DNA of 64,000 nt from Haliotis rubra. Taxonomy: Eukaryota. The notes under the pieces were generated by a model, which saw nothing but the letters and a program-made list of their open reading frames with translations, was not told the origin of the DNA and ran no database searches. Position 1 is the first letter of the stretch; every line of letters begins with the position of its first letter. The stretch covers positions 372,001-436,000 of the forward strand of contig NW_025767318.1 in the NCBI RefSeq assembly GCF_003918875.1. Reading direction: 5' to 3'. Positions 36,800 to 49,890 of this stretch are shown one piece after another. The position numbers were made by a program, and so were the translations under genes.

Positions 36800-39700
36800 T
36801 GCTGTCCGAATAAGCAACCCCTCAATCTGTTTAAAATATTTATTAATTTTTTTAATGAACGGATTGGTAAACAGGCTATAAGCCTATATAAATACCTCTC
36901 CGAATACAATGCGATGGGAAACATTTTACATACATTCATCGTTACAGACAAGAGAACACACCATTTGAAGAGTAAAAGACTTAATGAAAAGACAGTAGTA
37001 TAATTAATCAATTAGGTAAAAATCGTTTTGTTAAGGTAAAATAGTCATGTACAGATTTTACAATATTTTCATTGATTTCGTCAGAATATGAGTAACTTCC
37101 ACATAATACAGATTGAATATTCTAACCATTTATGTAATAGAAACACTTCGATCGAATTGTAGTAAACTTTGGACAGATAAATAGAAAATGAATGGCATCT
37201 TCATAATGATGGCCACAAGAGCAAGTAGACGTATTTTGAAGAAAACGGTCAAATTTATGTGCATTTAAGTCACTACAGCCAAGTCTTAACTTACAATGAA
37301 TTATTTGGTTAAATCTAGTTCCAGTGTTTCTGAAGACATGATGTACATTGGATGAGACAGTTCGATCAAAGTGTTTCTTGAACATGGCAACGGAATCTAT
37401 GTTTCTTATATCATTATCTAACTTGTTCCACTCCATCACAGAGGATGGTAAAAATGATTTTTTTTATGTTTCCGTACGACATAATGGTACTTGGAGTATA
37501 TTACTAGATCTAGATTCATATGTGGATACAGAGGATATGTTTATTGGAATTAGATCTGATAAATACTTTGGAGTTTTATTATGGAACATTTTATGAAATA
37601 CACACATTTGGTGATTTTTGCGACGTTCCCTTAATGATGAAAAACCAGTTTCATGATAGATTTTGGAATGGCTGACTCCTCTAACAGATCCACATATCGT
37701 TCTTAAAGCATCTAAGTTAAGTTTTTCTAACAATAACTCTTGAGTTTGTGTACAGTTGTTCCAAATATAATCACAATAGTCAAAAAGTGGTAAAACAAAT
37801 GAACTATACAGGGTTTGGAGGGTTTTCCTCTGAAGGCGGTATTTCAGACTTCTTAAACAATTGATCATAGGACTAACTTTAGAAATAATATCATCTATAT
37901 GTGTATTCCAGTGGCCATCGCTTTGTAAAGTCAGCCCCAGATGTTTATGAGTGTCAACAGACTTTATCGGTATATCATTCATTATAAGATCTGGCATTGA
38001 TGTTACTGTTTTCTTTCTAGTAAAAATGATAGATTCAGTTTTATTGGGATTTAAAGTCTACTTTCCATGTCTGGGCCCATTTAGCTATTATTTCTAAATC
38101 ATCATTTAACATATTGGAAGATAAAATAGGGTCATCAATTATCACATATAAGGATGTATCATCGGCAAATAATTTAATATTACACTGTATATCTTCAACA
38201 ATATCATTGATATAAACCAAAAAGAGTAAAGGTCCTAGGACTGATCCCTGAGGGACGCCAGCTTCAATTGATTTAACATTTGATTTATACCCACTTATTA
38301 CTGTAAACTGTTTTCTATTATTTAGATAATTTTCAAACCATAATAAAAGAGATCCGCGGATTCCACTAGCCCATAACTTATGCAAAAGACCCTTGTGCCA
38401 AACCCTATCAAACGCTTTGCTTATATCGCAGAATACAGCGCGTACCTCCTTGCCACTATCCATCGCCTTAGCTATATAGTCATACAAATGAGTGAGCTGG
38501 TATGATGTAGAATCACCAGTCGTGAAACCTGACTGTAATGAAGTGATAGTTCCATTATCTAGGAAAAGAATTGACACATGTTTAAAAACACACTTCTCAA
38601 ATACTTTTGAAAGACAACTAGTAAGTGAAACCGGTCGATAATTAGTATAATCATGAACATTATTTTTCTTATAAATTGGAACAACGGATGAACATTTCCA
38701 TATATCTGGGAACTGAGAAGAGGACAAAGAAATATCAAACAGGTTACAAAGTGGAATGGACAATTCTTCAGCTAAACATTTTAAGACACGATTGCTAAGA
38801 TGATCTGGACCAGTTGCTTTAGTGACATCAAGCGACAGTAAAATATCCCTTACTTCGTAATTTTATATCAGTGAGACAATGTTTAACATTAATATCAGAA
38901 TATACATCGACATCATCAGAAGAACTGTTAACCGTTGCCATACTCACAAAGTAGTCATTAAAAATATTTGCTTTGTCAATATCATCTTCATAAACAACAT
39001 CATTGTGTTCAATGTGTGGAAATATCTTAGCTTTGTCTGTTTTCTTAAGATAATTTTTAACAATCCGCCACCAAGATTTACTACCATGTTCTGCATTGAC
39101 AACATTATCAAGTCTTTCAACATACAATGACTTACTTTTACGTATCTCTGAGATAAGCTTATTTCGACTTTTTCTAAATTTTCCCCAATCATTAGGCAAG
39201 TTACTACGTTTAGCCTTTCTATGAATTCTGTTTTTCTTACACATGAGTTTTCTGATAAATCCGTTCATCCATGGAGCATCATTTGGACGAATCACAACAG
39301 TTTTGTTCGGAATATTTGATTTACATAAATCTGTTAATGTATTAACAAATTTGGAAGCAGAGGCATCAACATCATCATTTTGTGTAAGAAAATCCCAATT
39401 AACATCAGCCAAATCTGCCGAAAAGAATTTATATCAATATTATCGTAATTATAAATGAATCTTGAAAAGGCTTCTTTCGTCTGTTTAATAGATTTCAGCC
39501 ACACGCTTACTGAACAATGGTCACTGCAGAATGGGGGAGTAACACCAGAGGATTTTACAATATCAGGACAAGATACAAATATTAGGTCAATAAGTGTCCT
39601 CGATTGTTGAGTAATTGTCTTAATATGTTCGATATTAGGATCTACTCTATTCAACAAATTAGCATTGAAATCCCCAAGTACTACAGTCTTAATAATAGTA

Positions 39701-40030
39701 TCTATAGCTAAGCCAATTCATTCTTCAATCAGATTCCAGTAGTGGGAACTTATATTTACACGATAAAATTATTAAACGTACCGACAACATAACTCTTATT
39801 TACACGTGATCTGTGCCCACACTGCCTCTAGTCCTGGGAAGTTGTAAGTCAGGCCTATGCTTACAGTAAATAGAGTCTTTCACATAAATTGCAACCCCAC
39901 CTCCCTTAGTTTGTCTATCATTACGGAATGGCGGATGAAACCCAGGCATTAGAGTGTCATAATTTGAAATACCATCATGCAGCCAAGTTTCTGATATACA
40001 TATAACATCATGTTCATGAAGTTCTGCGTA
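36800..40030 (-). mobile_element. CR1/L2-type LINE ORF2 pseudogene (endonuclease + RT)
   Basis: HDVICISETWL, CDISKAFDRVWHKGLL, GVPQGSVLGPLLFL, LFADDT, CSCG...HFLFICP; frameshifted. Confidence 0.9.
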
Positions 40031-40034
40031 AACT

Positions 40035-40459
40035 AAATAATGTGTAACATGTAATAATGTGTAACATGTAATAATGTGTAACATGTAATAATGTATATCA
40101 TGTTATAATGTGGAACATGTAATAATGTGGAACATGTAATAATGTATAATATTTCATAATGTATAACATGTAATAATGTGTAACATGTAATAATGTATAA
40201 CATGTAATAATGTGTAATATGTAATAATGTATAACATGTAATAATGTGTAACATGTAATAATGTATAACATGTAATAATGTGTAACATGTAATCATGTAT
40301 AACATGTAATAATGTGTAACATGTAATCATGTATAACATGTAATAATGTGTAACATGTAATAATGTGTAACATGTAATAATGTATAACATGTAATAATGT
40401 ATAACATGTAATAATGTGTAACATGTAATAATGTGTAACATGTAATAATGTATAACATG
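40035..40459. repeat. 17-bp minisatellite
   Basis: Unit TAACATGTAATAATGT(G/A), ~25 copies. Confidence 0.95.
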
Positions 40460-41337
40460 CATATTGCCTTGTCAACAATGAAATTTTGTATCATGTGATT
40501 GTCCATGGACCGATGGCCTACTTACAGAAATAAACACATTCATTTATTCAGACCGCTGACATATAGCTGGAATATTGCTGAGTGCGGAGGTAAACAAGAA
40601 TCAAACCAACCAGATACTATTCTATATAAGTTGTTTCTCTGTGGTAGAGAAGACATTGACCCTCGTGTAACACATCAAATATGTAAGTATCATGTTAACT
40701 ATTTCTTCGTCTGGATAAGTGTATTTGTGTCATGTTACATGGAACAATATACATATAGTTTGTAAGATAGTTATAACCTTATTACGCTTAAATTAGTTGT
40801 CCATATATTATGTTATCTACCGGGCTCCTACAATAGTTGTAGCTTACTGAATGTTGTAACAGGTAACAAAAGAGGACATCTTACGTGTCATGTGAAACTG
40901 ATAGGCACTGCTGCGAATTTGATGACTACATTGTGGGTGGGAAAAAAGAACATTATTACCTTCCTACGACCTGTAGTGTTTGCTTGACAAGTTTGCTTTT
41001 AATCCCCTGGCCTGCTTCAGCTACAGTATCAATGACACGGGATACACAAATGTGCTTTGACACACATACCGAGATCGTAGCTACATTGTGTCATGTGCCA
41101 TTGTAGTCTACTGCCATGACTGTGAAAATACAGCGTTGTAACACACCTGTCCAGAATACATAATGACAATGTAACCATGGTGATTTCATCATTATTCAGA
41201 AATAGTGCAACGGATATATCGTTTAGATACAATTTTAGTTCGTTGAAAACCTTATGACGTGATGCCGTTATGACTTATTTTGTGTGCCTCAGGGCAGCCT
41301 TATTAAGAGACACTGCTGGCGGAGACAAATACCCATT

Positions 41338-41885
41338 CGGCAGCTTCAAGGTTGTTTCACCTCCAACAGCTTCAAGACCAGTTCCTTTTCAACAGCTTCG
41401 AGGTTAGTTTCCCTACAACAGCCTAAAGACTAGTTCCTCTGTCTTCAACAGCTTCAAAATTGGCTCCTCTTCAACAGCTGAACGTCTCCTCTTCAACGGC
41501 TGAACGTCAAGTTACCTTCAACAGCTTCTAAAACTAAATAATTTTCAGCAGCTTCAAGACTAGTTCCCTTCAACAGCTCCAAGACTAGTTCCCTTCAATT
41601 GCTTCAAGACTAGTTCCCTTCAACAGCTTCAAGACTAGTTCCCTTCAATTGCTTCAAGACTAGTTCCCTTCAACAGTTTCAAGACTACTTCCCTTCAATT
41701 GCTTCAAGACTAGTTCCCTTCAACGGTTTCAAGGCTAGTATCACTTCAACAGCTTCAAGGCATGTTTCCTTCAACAGCTTCAAGGTAAGTTCCCCTTCAA
41801 CAGTTTCATAACTAGATCCCTTTCACCAGCTTCGAGACCAGTTCCCGCTCAACAGCTTGAAGAATAATTTCCTTGAACAGTTTCA
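41338..41885. repeat. 25-bp minisatellite upstream of paralog C
   Basis: Unit CAACAGCTTCAAGACTAGTTCCCTT, with a homogeneous core at 41550-41730. Confidence 0.9.
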
Positions 41886-42580
41886 GAATTACATCCTCTT
41901 TGAAAGAATCAACACAAATTATTTCATCATCTTCAAGAATGCCTCAATTACAACAAACAAAAGGACGTCCAGTGGTATGTAGAAATCTTTATTACTCACC
42001 GGTTGAAGATATCACTGTTTAATAAATCTACAATGTTAGTACACAGTGATGCCGAACGTATGACGTCATAATTATTTACAGTTATGACGTCTCATAGCTA
42101 ATCTTACCTCTGTCACAATGGTATTGGATCTTGCTTGACTCGCGAAATGCTGAGAGTCATCACACTTTAGGCAGTTTCTACCAATTTATGTTTGAGAATA
42201 GTAAACAGAATACTCTCAGTTATTTGCCAGGTCCATTTCGGTAAAAGGATGAATATGTATGACAATTGAATGAGTGGGTCATTAAATCAGTGCTGACATC
42301 AGGTGTTCACGAAAAGGGTGAGCAGGTTCCGATCAGCTGCCGCCACACACTACAATGGTGCTATACATGGGCTGTCCAAGGCATTCATTAACAGCACATT
42401 ATACGGATGCAACCATACTGGAGGTTTGGCAAACAACAACATAAAACAGTTGCATGACCAGTATCTATTACAACACCGGCGTGTTGGATTCGTATTTAAA
42501 CAACAACATGACAGACATGCTCTACATGTTCCAGTGTCAATCACCTCGTCGACACCGGTAGATCTGTATAAAGCTGGAAT

Positions 42581-43050
42581 ATGAACAATGTGAAGAGCCT
42601 CGAGAGTTATGAAGGCGATTTTGAATTTCTAATAAAATGCCTTGACTTCATCAACACGGAGATTGACATTGGACTAATGGCAAAGCAAGAAGGCAAAACA
42701 ATGCTGCAGTACTTGAAACACCTGGACAATGACCATCAGGCAAGAGTAGTGTTTCCCCAAGGGATGAGTGTGGTGCAGGAATATAAAGAAAGGGCAAAGA
42801 CCGGGGACAGCGTTCTGTATTTTGTGGGATTCATTGGCGAGAAGATGGACACTGTTGATGAGCACGTTGTACAACAGATCTGGCAGATGGATGCTGTGCT
42901 TGTAGCTGAGTTGAAGAGTCAGGAAGACATCTTGGCCTACTGCAGTGCAGAGAGAAGTCCTGGGGGTAACTGGGGGAACATGGTGTTGTTTCGGCACCCC
43001 CGGGCCATACAGAAATGGAATAAACTCAAGAGTCACATACATGCTATAAG
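42581..43050 (+). CDS. Uncharacterised protein family, paralog C, coding exon 1 (no private exon 2 found)
   Basis: Intact 470-nt exon; acceptor ttccag at 42533; donor ag|gtactc at 43051. Confidence 0.85.
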
Positions 43051-43974
43051 GTACTCACCAGCTTTCCCATTTGCTTATTATGTCACTCTTTATGCACTTT
43101 ATGAATGAACTCTGATTTGTGTAATTTCTAATTTTGACTCATTGACTCTTTCTTAATGAACAGCGGCAAATACAATACCAGCATTACAATGAATTTTCAG
43201 ACAAATTATTGGAAAATGATTCCTGTTTGTAAAATAATCATCATAAATCTCACATACGTTTTTCTTTCTACTTTTTGGTCAGGTGGAGTCGGTGATAACT
43301 TTCGTAAGCCCGGTACTTAAATTATGTATCACAGTGCTACGTACATTCTTTGAAACAAAGAAACGCCAAAGCCAATTTTAGAAGAATTTATTGCGCTAGT
43401 TTAAGAGCAGTTATGTCATGTTATTTCAATGGTAAAGAGGTGAAAATGCATACATTCGCCAAAACAACAGCAACCTTTATTGTTTTGTTTCTGTTTACTT
43501 GAGTCTACAAGATGGCGCAAAGTCAGTACTTTGTATGGCCCCCATTGGTAGAAATTACTGCTCGGCACCGCCTCGGCACAGAGTGGATAAGTCGACGAAG
43601 TCGCTCTTACGGAATTATTCCACACTCTTCCTGCAATGCGATGGCCAGGTTTGGAAGTGTCTGAGGCGTGTTTTGACGTTGACGTACACGTTGATCGAGT
43701 TCATCCTCGAGTGACAGACTGGCAGCGTCATTACTTGACCTTCGTGACGTGATTACAGATCTATCATATTTCACTAGACACATGAAATATTATCTATCTA
43801 TTATCTACAAAGGTAGCACAGTAGGTGAGCTAACAACGAGATAACAGATTTGCTCTGTATGCTCAAGTGTGTTAGGATCATCCCTCACAACTCAAGATAA
43901 GAAATTTGCTATATATATATTCCAGTGTCTATGACCATACTAGTGTGTTCGGGTGATCTTGGAAAAACTAGAAC

Positions 43975-44444
43975 ATGAACGTTGCAAAAAGCCTCGAGAG
44001 TTATGAAGACGATCTTACGTTTCTTAAAACATGCCTTGACTTCATCAACAAAGAGATGGACATTGAACTAATGGCAAAGCAAGAAGGCAAAACAATGCTG
44101 CAGTACTTGAAACACATGGACAATGGCAATCAGGCAAGAGTAGTGTTTCCCCAAGGGATGAGTGTGGTGCAGGAATATAGAGAAAGGGCAAAGACCGGGG
44201 ACAGCGTTCTGTACTTTGTGGGATTCATTGGCGAGAAGCTGGACACTGTGGATGACAGCATGGACAAACAGGCCTGGCAGATGGATGCAGTGCTCATAGC
44301 CGAGTTGAAGAGTCAGGAAGACATCTTGGCCTACTGCAGTGCAGAGAGAAGTCCTGGGGGTAACTGGGGGAACCTGGTGTTGTTCCGGCACCCCCGGGCC
44401 ATACAGAAATGGAGTCAACTCAAGATTCACGACAATGCTATAAG
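43975..44444 (+). CDS. Uncharacterised protein family, paralog D, coding exon 1
   Basis: Intact 470-nt exon; acceptor ttccag at 43925; donor ag|gtactc at 44445. Confidence 0.88.
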
Positions 44445-44639
44445 GTACTCACCAGGTTTCCAATCTACTTTTTTTACTGGTGCAGTTTTTCAAGCCTTAT
44501 TTATATTATATATTTTGATCAGTTTTCGAAATGTACATACGCCAGGGTTTTAATAGTATGATAATAGTGGGAAACACCCACCTAGATACAAAACTGAAGA
44601 TTTAGTAAGCAATGAAAGGTTGGTTCATTCTAACTGGAA

Positions 44640-45040
44640 TCCATGAGCAGATGGGTTGAAATTGGTCTTCATCATAACATGCTTATCCCCGGTGAACATC
44701 CGGGTAAGACGTGGTCTCCAACAACCCAGTCTTCTACCGATGGAACATTCGGGTTAAAACTGGTCTTCAAACCATGCTTGTCCCCTGTGAAGATCAGATG
44801 AGAATTGTTCTTCAACAAACCATGCTTGTCGCCCGTTAACATCCGAGTTAGAAATTATCTTCAGCAGCCCATGGGGTCAGACTCACTGCCTATGGTGCAT
44901 GTCATCGTACCCCAGTTGCTTAGATCGATGCTCCTGCTATCAATCACGTGATTGTCGAGACCAGATTAAGTGCAAACCGCCGTCACATAACAGGAATATT
45001 GAGGAGTGTAGCGTTACAAAAAAACCCCGAACAAACAAGC
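44640..45040 (+). mobile_element. Decayed family 2 retroposon with ~5 tandem copies of its 5' module
   Basis: Repeated CC(C)GTGAA(G/C)ATCCGGGTTAGAA..GGTCTTCA..AACCCATGCTT-like units precede a single body and tail. Confidence 0.65.
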
Positions 45041-45446
45041 AAACATTCTCGCTGGATGCAATCTTAAACCTCGACGCCATTTCCTGACTATAGTTTGGTC
45101 TGAAAAAACTTCCACAAGAATCTGTTTTCGTCAGTGACACAGTTCCGTCTTAATCTATGGAATGCTTTCAGGGTGGACCGCAGTGTCTTATCTATCTAAT
45201 GTCATCTGTTTGTTTCAGACAGTATCTTAAAGAGAATACACTATGTTATGTCTTGTTTCAATGGTCGCTTGTTTAGCCGAAGTGGCCCCCTGTCAGGGAA
45301 GACTATTGCTGAGAAACGCAAAAGACTCTTTCTTCAATCACCGTGTATCGGAATTATACACGAGATTTGATGGAAGAAGTGTCATTAAGTAATTGGGGAG
45401 CCACTAAGTCTTCTTATAGATGAAGAAAACATTTCGTTCATATCCA

Positions 45447-45591
45447 CACGCCGAAGACCCGGGTTCGATTCCCCACATGGGTACAATGTGTGAAGCCCCT
45501 TTCTGGTGTTCCCCGCCATGATATTGCTGGAATATTGCTAAAACTAAACTAAACTCACTAACTCACTCACTCACTCACTCACTCACTCACT
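45447..45591 (+). mobile_element. 5'-truncated family 1 SINE
   Basis: B box, body, (CACT)n tail, TSD TCGTTCATAT. Confidence 0.85.
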
Positions 45592-46188
45592 CGTTCATAT
45601 TCATGATTATTTAACTAATTATTATAATTTTGCGTTTTTTCCATTGGATGAGACACAGCGCATGACAGCGAAATTTAACGACAGTTTTCGTCTTTCATCT
45701 ATTTTTCACGAAACTGATTTCTTGAAATGACCTTGAAATTCTTGAGAAAGTCCCATTAACGATTAAATACAGAAGTTTTGCCTTTGATCATAAAGACAAT
45801 TTATCTTAATCTCTGCATTTGAGTATACCATCATAAAGACAACTCAAAGAGTGTGACGAACATCTTCGCTGCGACCCATCCAAATGAACGAATCTAGCAC
45901 CAACGTCCCTACAGTTTGGCGCTCACATTTGGCAGAATCATACTCAAAAACACTCGAAGTGAAAATCAATTTTAACAATTGTACTTCCTCGCGATGTTCC
46001 GTCTCTATAAATACAGTCGTTCTGGTGTAGCATGCAGAGACTACCATTCCCTTAGCAATCATCCAAACACCCACCCGTGCATGTTCCCTGCGCGCACTAG
46101 TCTTGTGCATATCCCCTGAACCAAACCACGCATCCGCTTGTGCTTGAGCAGTGTACGAATACATATTGACTTGTCTCATGTTTTCCAG

Positions 46189-46387
46189 GGATATATCTCC
46201 TGCCTACTATACGTCTATAAGGATACATCGTGGAGTGCTACCCCAGGGACTCGCCTCAGACAGGTTCACTGTAGAGAGGACGCTGTTCGTCAACTACGAC
46301 AACATCACCCATACAGTACAACATCGTCACATCGAGGCGTGGCAGTCCACGCTCACAGATACACCAACGAGGCCCAGTTATGCTTAA
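46189..46387 (+). CDS. Terminal coding exon for paralog D (and probably C)
   Basis: ttttccag|G DISPAYYTSIRIHRGVLPQGLASDRFTVERTLFVNYDNITHTVQHRHIEAWQSTLTDTPTRPSYA*. Confidence 0.88.
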
Positions 46388-48289
46388 TGATGTTACATGT
46401 TACATTTACTATGGACTTTTGTTACAATATGTGTATGTTCTTGTTGCTTGACTATTTAAGTGCTGCTTCTTGTTATATTTAAGTTTGGTTTGGGAGCTCA
46501 CATTGGTCACTCCACATAGTTATTCAAAATGACAGATTACATGTACTTAACATATTTGAAAATTCATTTATCCAGAAAAGTCCTTGATAAATCGCATGTG
46601 TCGCAATTTCACTCTTTGTCACATTTACCCACTCAACTTTTATCACGACCAAACATAACAGAATAGGTTCTACAGAAAGATAATATATATGGACAAACAA
46701 CTTCCTTAATACAATAGACAAAAATTCAAAAAGTGCACTGGCGTACCATTCATGTTTAAGATGTGCCACTCAATTTTATTTCATTTTTAAGGTTCAACTC
46801 TTACAATCTTACCCTATTGTATAGTCAACTGGCATCTCCAGTTGAAACCCTGAAAACCTAATCCACTGTAAAAACACTTAATCTATATCCCGCGCGTTTG
46901 AATCCAATATTCGCCTTATAATGTTTCTTGATCACTTAGCACCACACTAGTATATACCCCATCTCGATCGTCAACTTGTAACATTATAAAATGTGGCGGG
47001 TTTTCAACGAGAGAACAGGGAATACATCAAAGCATGATAAAAATGACGATGTGAATAAAATCCATTGATACGACATTGAAGTGTTTTGTCTTATCCTCTG
47101 TGCTCTCTGAAGATTGTGGTTTGGAATTTGCTGATACAGCTGAAACTTGAATAGGCAAGTTTCGCTATCAGTGCGCCACGATAACGCATTGTAGAACTGT
47201 GAATAACATACTGCGTACTTCCCGGCATGCTGTGCACTCTCCTACCCAGAGTTCCATGCGGCCAGCCAGCATAGTACCTCTGCCACAGGCCAGAAAGACG
47301 TTTCGTCACATCTTGCACCGTACATTCAATATAATCTACATATTTCTGAACTCTTTTATTTTTGACGAGTCTACACATCTAATTAAACATCTCTGCTAGA
47401 ATGGTTTAGTTTCACCGAGAAAATATCCTAAAACTTGTAACACTATTTCGATTTGCGTAGCGATCCTTTGTTTACATACTTTGTACGGCTCCGCGTACTG
47501 TCATCGAAGCCGACGGAGAGCAAACGATGCAACCAGTTTGATATCTAAATATGTACTGTCATAAATGTTACTGTCGCAGTTGTGGAAGAATATATATGGT
47601 ACAATGTAAAATATTGTGAAGAGCGCGCCGAAAAGCTTGCGTAAGGCCAGTCTCTTCTTATTGTGAATATGCGCGTTTGTTTACAAACAAGAGAAAAGTC
47701 CGGTCACGTGATATGCAAATTAGCTTGTGGGTGTGATGTTATGCTAAGTCATCACTGCGCCGGAGTGTGCATGCTGTGTGGACTGTTTCTAAAATCAACC
47801 AAAGTACACTCACGTACTTGCTGTACCCAATCCACGTCTACTCCGCCCCAGTTGTAAGCTGATGCTGTAAACACACTGAAGGAGGGAATTTGCAGTGTTG
47901 CGTTGGCTTCAGACGTGGCCCTTGGACCACGGCATCTCAAGATGTTTACTTTTTGGGGCTGGAACCTCTGAAAATCCAACCAGGATCATCGACGTTGCAA
48001 GCGAACGCTTTAACTACTGGGCTATCACGCTGGGCGCGCATTTTCTGACGCGACGTAAAACTACATCAGCAGCCGAAAGGATTCACGGGTGGTGGAGGAA
48101 AATATACTTTCGCCTAGATTAAATAATACAGCATAAGTGTCACCTACATTGAAAACACAACGGATGCGTCACAGATTTATTTACATTCAATTTAGAAACA
48201 GGTGTGTCACGCAAACACATTTGGCCTCAGTGGAAAAGACAGTAGATGTATGAACTAATTGACAAACACAGTATATGTATGGCCTGAAA

Positions 48290-49890
48290 GAAAAACACAG
48301 TAGAGGTTTGGCGTAAGTGTAAAACACAGGAAATTGTGACCAAAGTATAAAACACAGTAGATTGGTACCAAAGTGTAAAACACAGTAGATTGGTACCAAA
48401 GTGTAAAACACAGTAGATTGGTACCAAAGTGTAAAACACAGTAGATTGTGACCAAAGTGTAAAACACAGTAGATTGTGACCAAAGTGTAAAACACAGTAG
48501 ATTGTGACCAAAGTGTAAAACACAGTAGATTGTGACCAAAGTGTAAAACACAGTAGATTGTGACCAAAGTGTAAAACACAGTACATTGTGACCAAAGTGT
48601 AAAACACAGTAGATTGTGACCAAAGTGTAAAACACAGTACATTGTAACCAAAGTGTAAAACACAGTAGATTGTGTAAAAACACAGTAGATTGTGACGAAG
48701 TGTAAAAACACAAAGTGTAAAACACAGTAGAGTACCAAAGTGTAAAACACAGTAGATTGTGACCAAAATGTAAAACACAGTAGATTGTGACCAAAGTGTA
48801 AAACACAGTAGATTGTGACCAAAGTGTAAAACACACAGTGTTGACCATTGTAAAACACAATTGTGACCAAAGTGTAAAAACACAGTAGATTGTGACCAAA
48901 GTGTAAAACACAGTACATTGTGACCAAAGTGTAAAACACAGTAGATTGTGACCAAAGTGTAAAACACAGTACATTGTGACCAAAGTGTAAAACACAGTAG
49001 ATTGTGACCAAAGTGTAAAACACAGTACATTGTGACCAAAGTGTAAAACACAGTAGATTGTGACCAAAGTGTAAAACACAGTACATTGTGACCAAAGTGT
49101 AAAACACAGTAGATTGTGACCAAAGTGTAAAACACAGTACATTGTGACCAAAGTGTAAAACACAGTAGATTGTGACCAAAGTGTAAAACACAGTAGATTG
49201 TGACCAAAGTGTAAAACACAGTAGATTGTGACCAAAGTGTAAAACACAGTAGATTGTGACCAAAGTGTAAAACACAGTACATTGTGACCAAAGTGTAAAA
49301 CACAGTAGATTGTGACCAAAGTGTAAAACACAGTACATTTTGACCAAAGTGTAAAACACAGTAGATTGTGACCAAAGTGTAAAACACAAAACACAGTACA
49401 TTGTGACCAAAGTGTAAAACACAGTAGATTGTGACCAAAGTGTAAAACACAGTAGATTGTGACCAAAGTGTAAAACACAGTAGATTGTGACCAAAGTGTA
49501 AAACACAGTAGATTGTGACCAAAGTGTAAAAAACACAGTACATTGTGACCAAAGTGTAAAACACAGTACATTGTGACCAAAGTGTAAAACACAGTAGATT
49601 GTGACCAAAGTGTAAAACCAAAGTGTAAAACACAGTAGATTGTGACCAAAGTGTAAAACACAGTAGATTGTGACCAACAGTAGATTGTGACCAAAGTGTA
49701 AAACACAGTACATTGTGACCAAAGTGTAAAACACAGTACATTGTGACCAAAGTGTAAAACACAGTACATTGTGACCAAAGTGTAAAACACAGTACATTGT
49801 GACCAAAGTGTAAAACACAGTAGATTGTGACCAAAGTGTAAAACACAGTAAATGTACGGCGTAAGTGTAAAACACAGTAGATGTATGGCC
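48290..49890. repeat. 28-bp satellite array (~55 units)
   Basis: Unit AAAACACAGTA(G/C)ATTGTGACCAAAGTGT; has no stop codons on the minus strand, which produces the 511-591 aa spurious ORFs. Confidence 0.97.

Noticed and set aside
40033-40478. Repetitive His/Tyr ORFs
   Set aside because: Translation of the 17-bp minisatellite
48290-49890. CRISPR-like array (28-bp repeats)
   Set aside because: Units are contiguous with no unique spacers, there are no cas genes, and the context is eukaryotic
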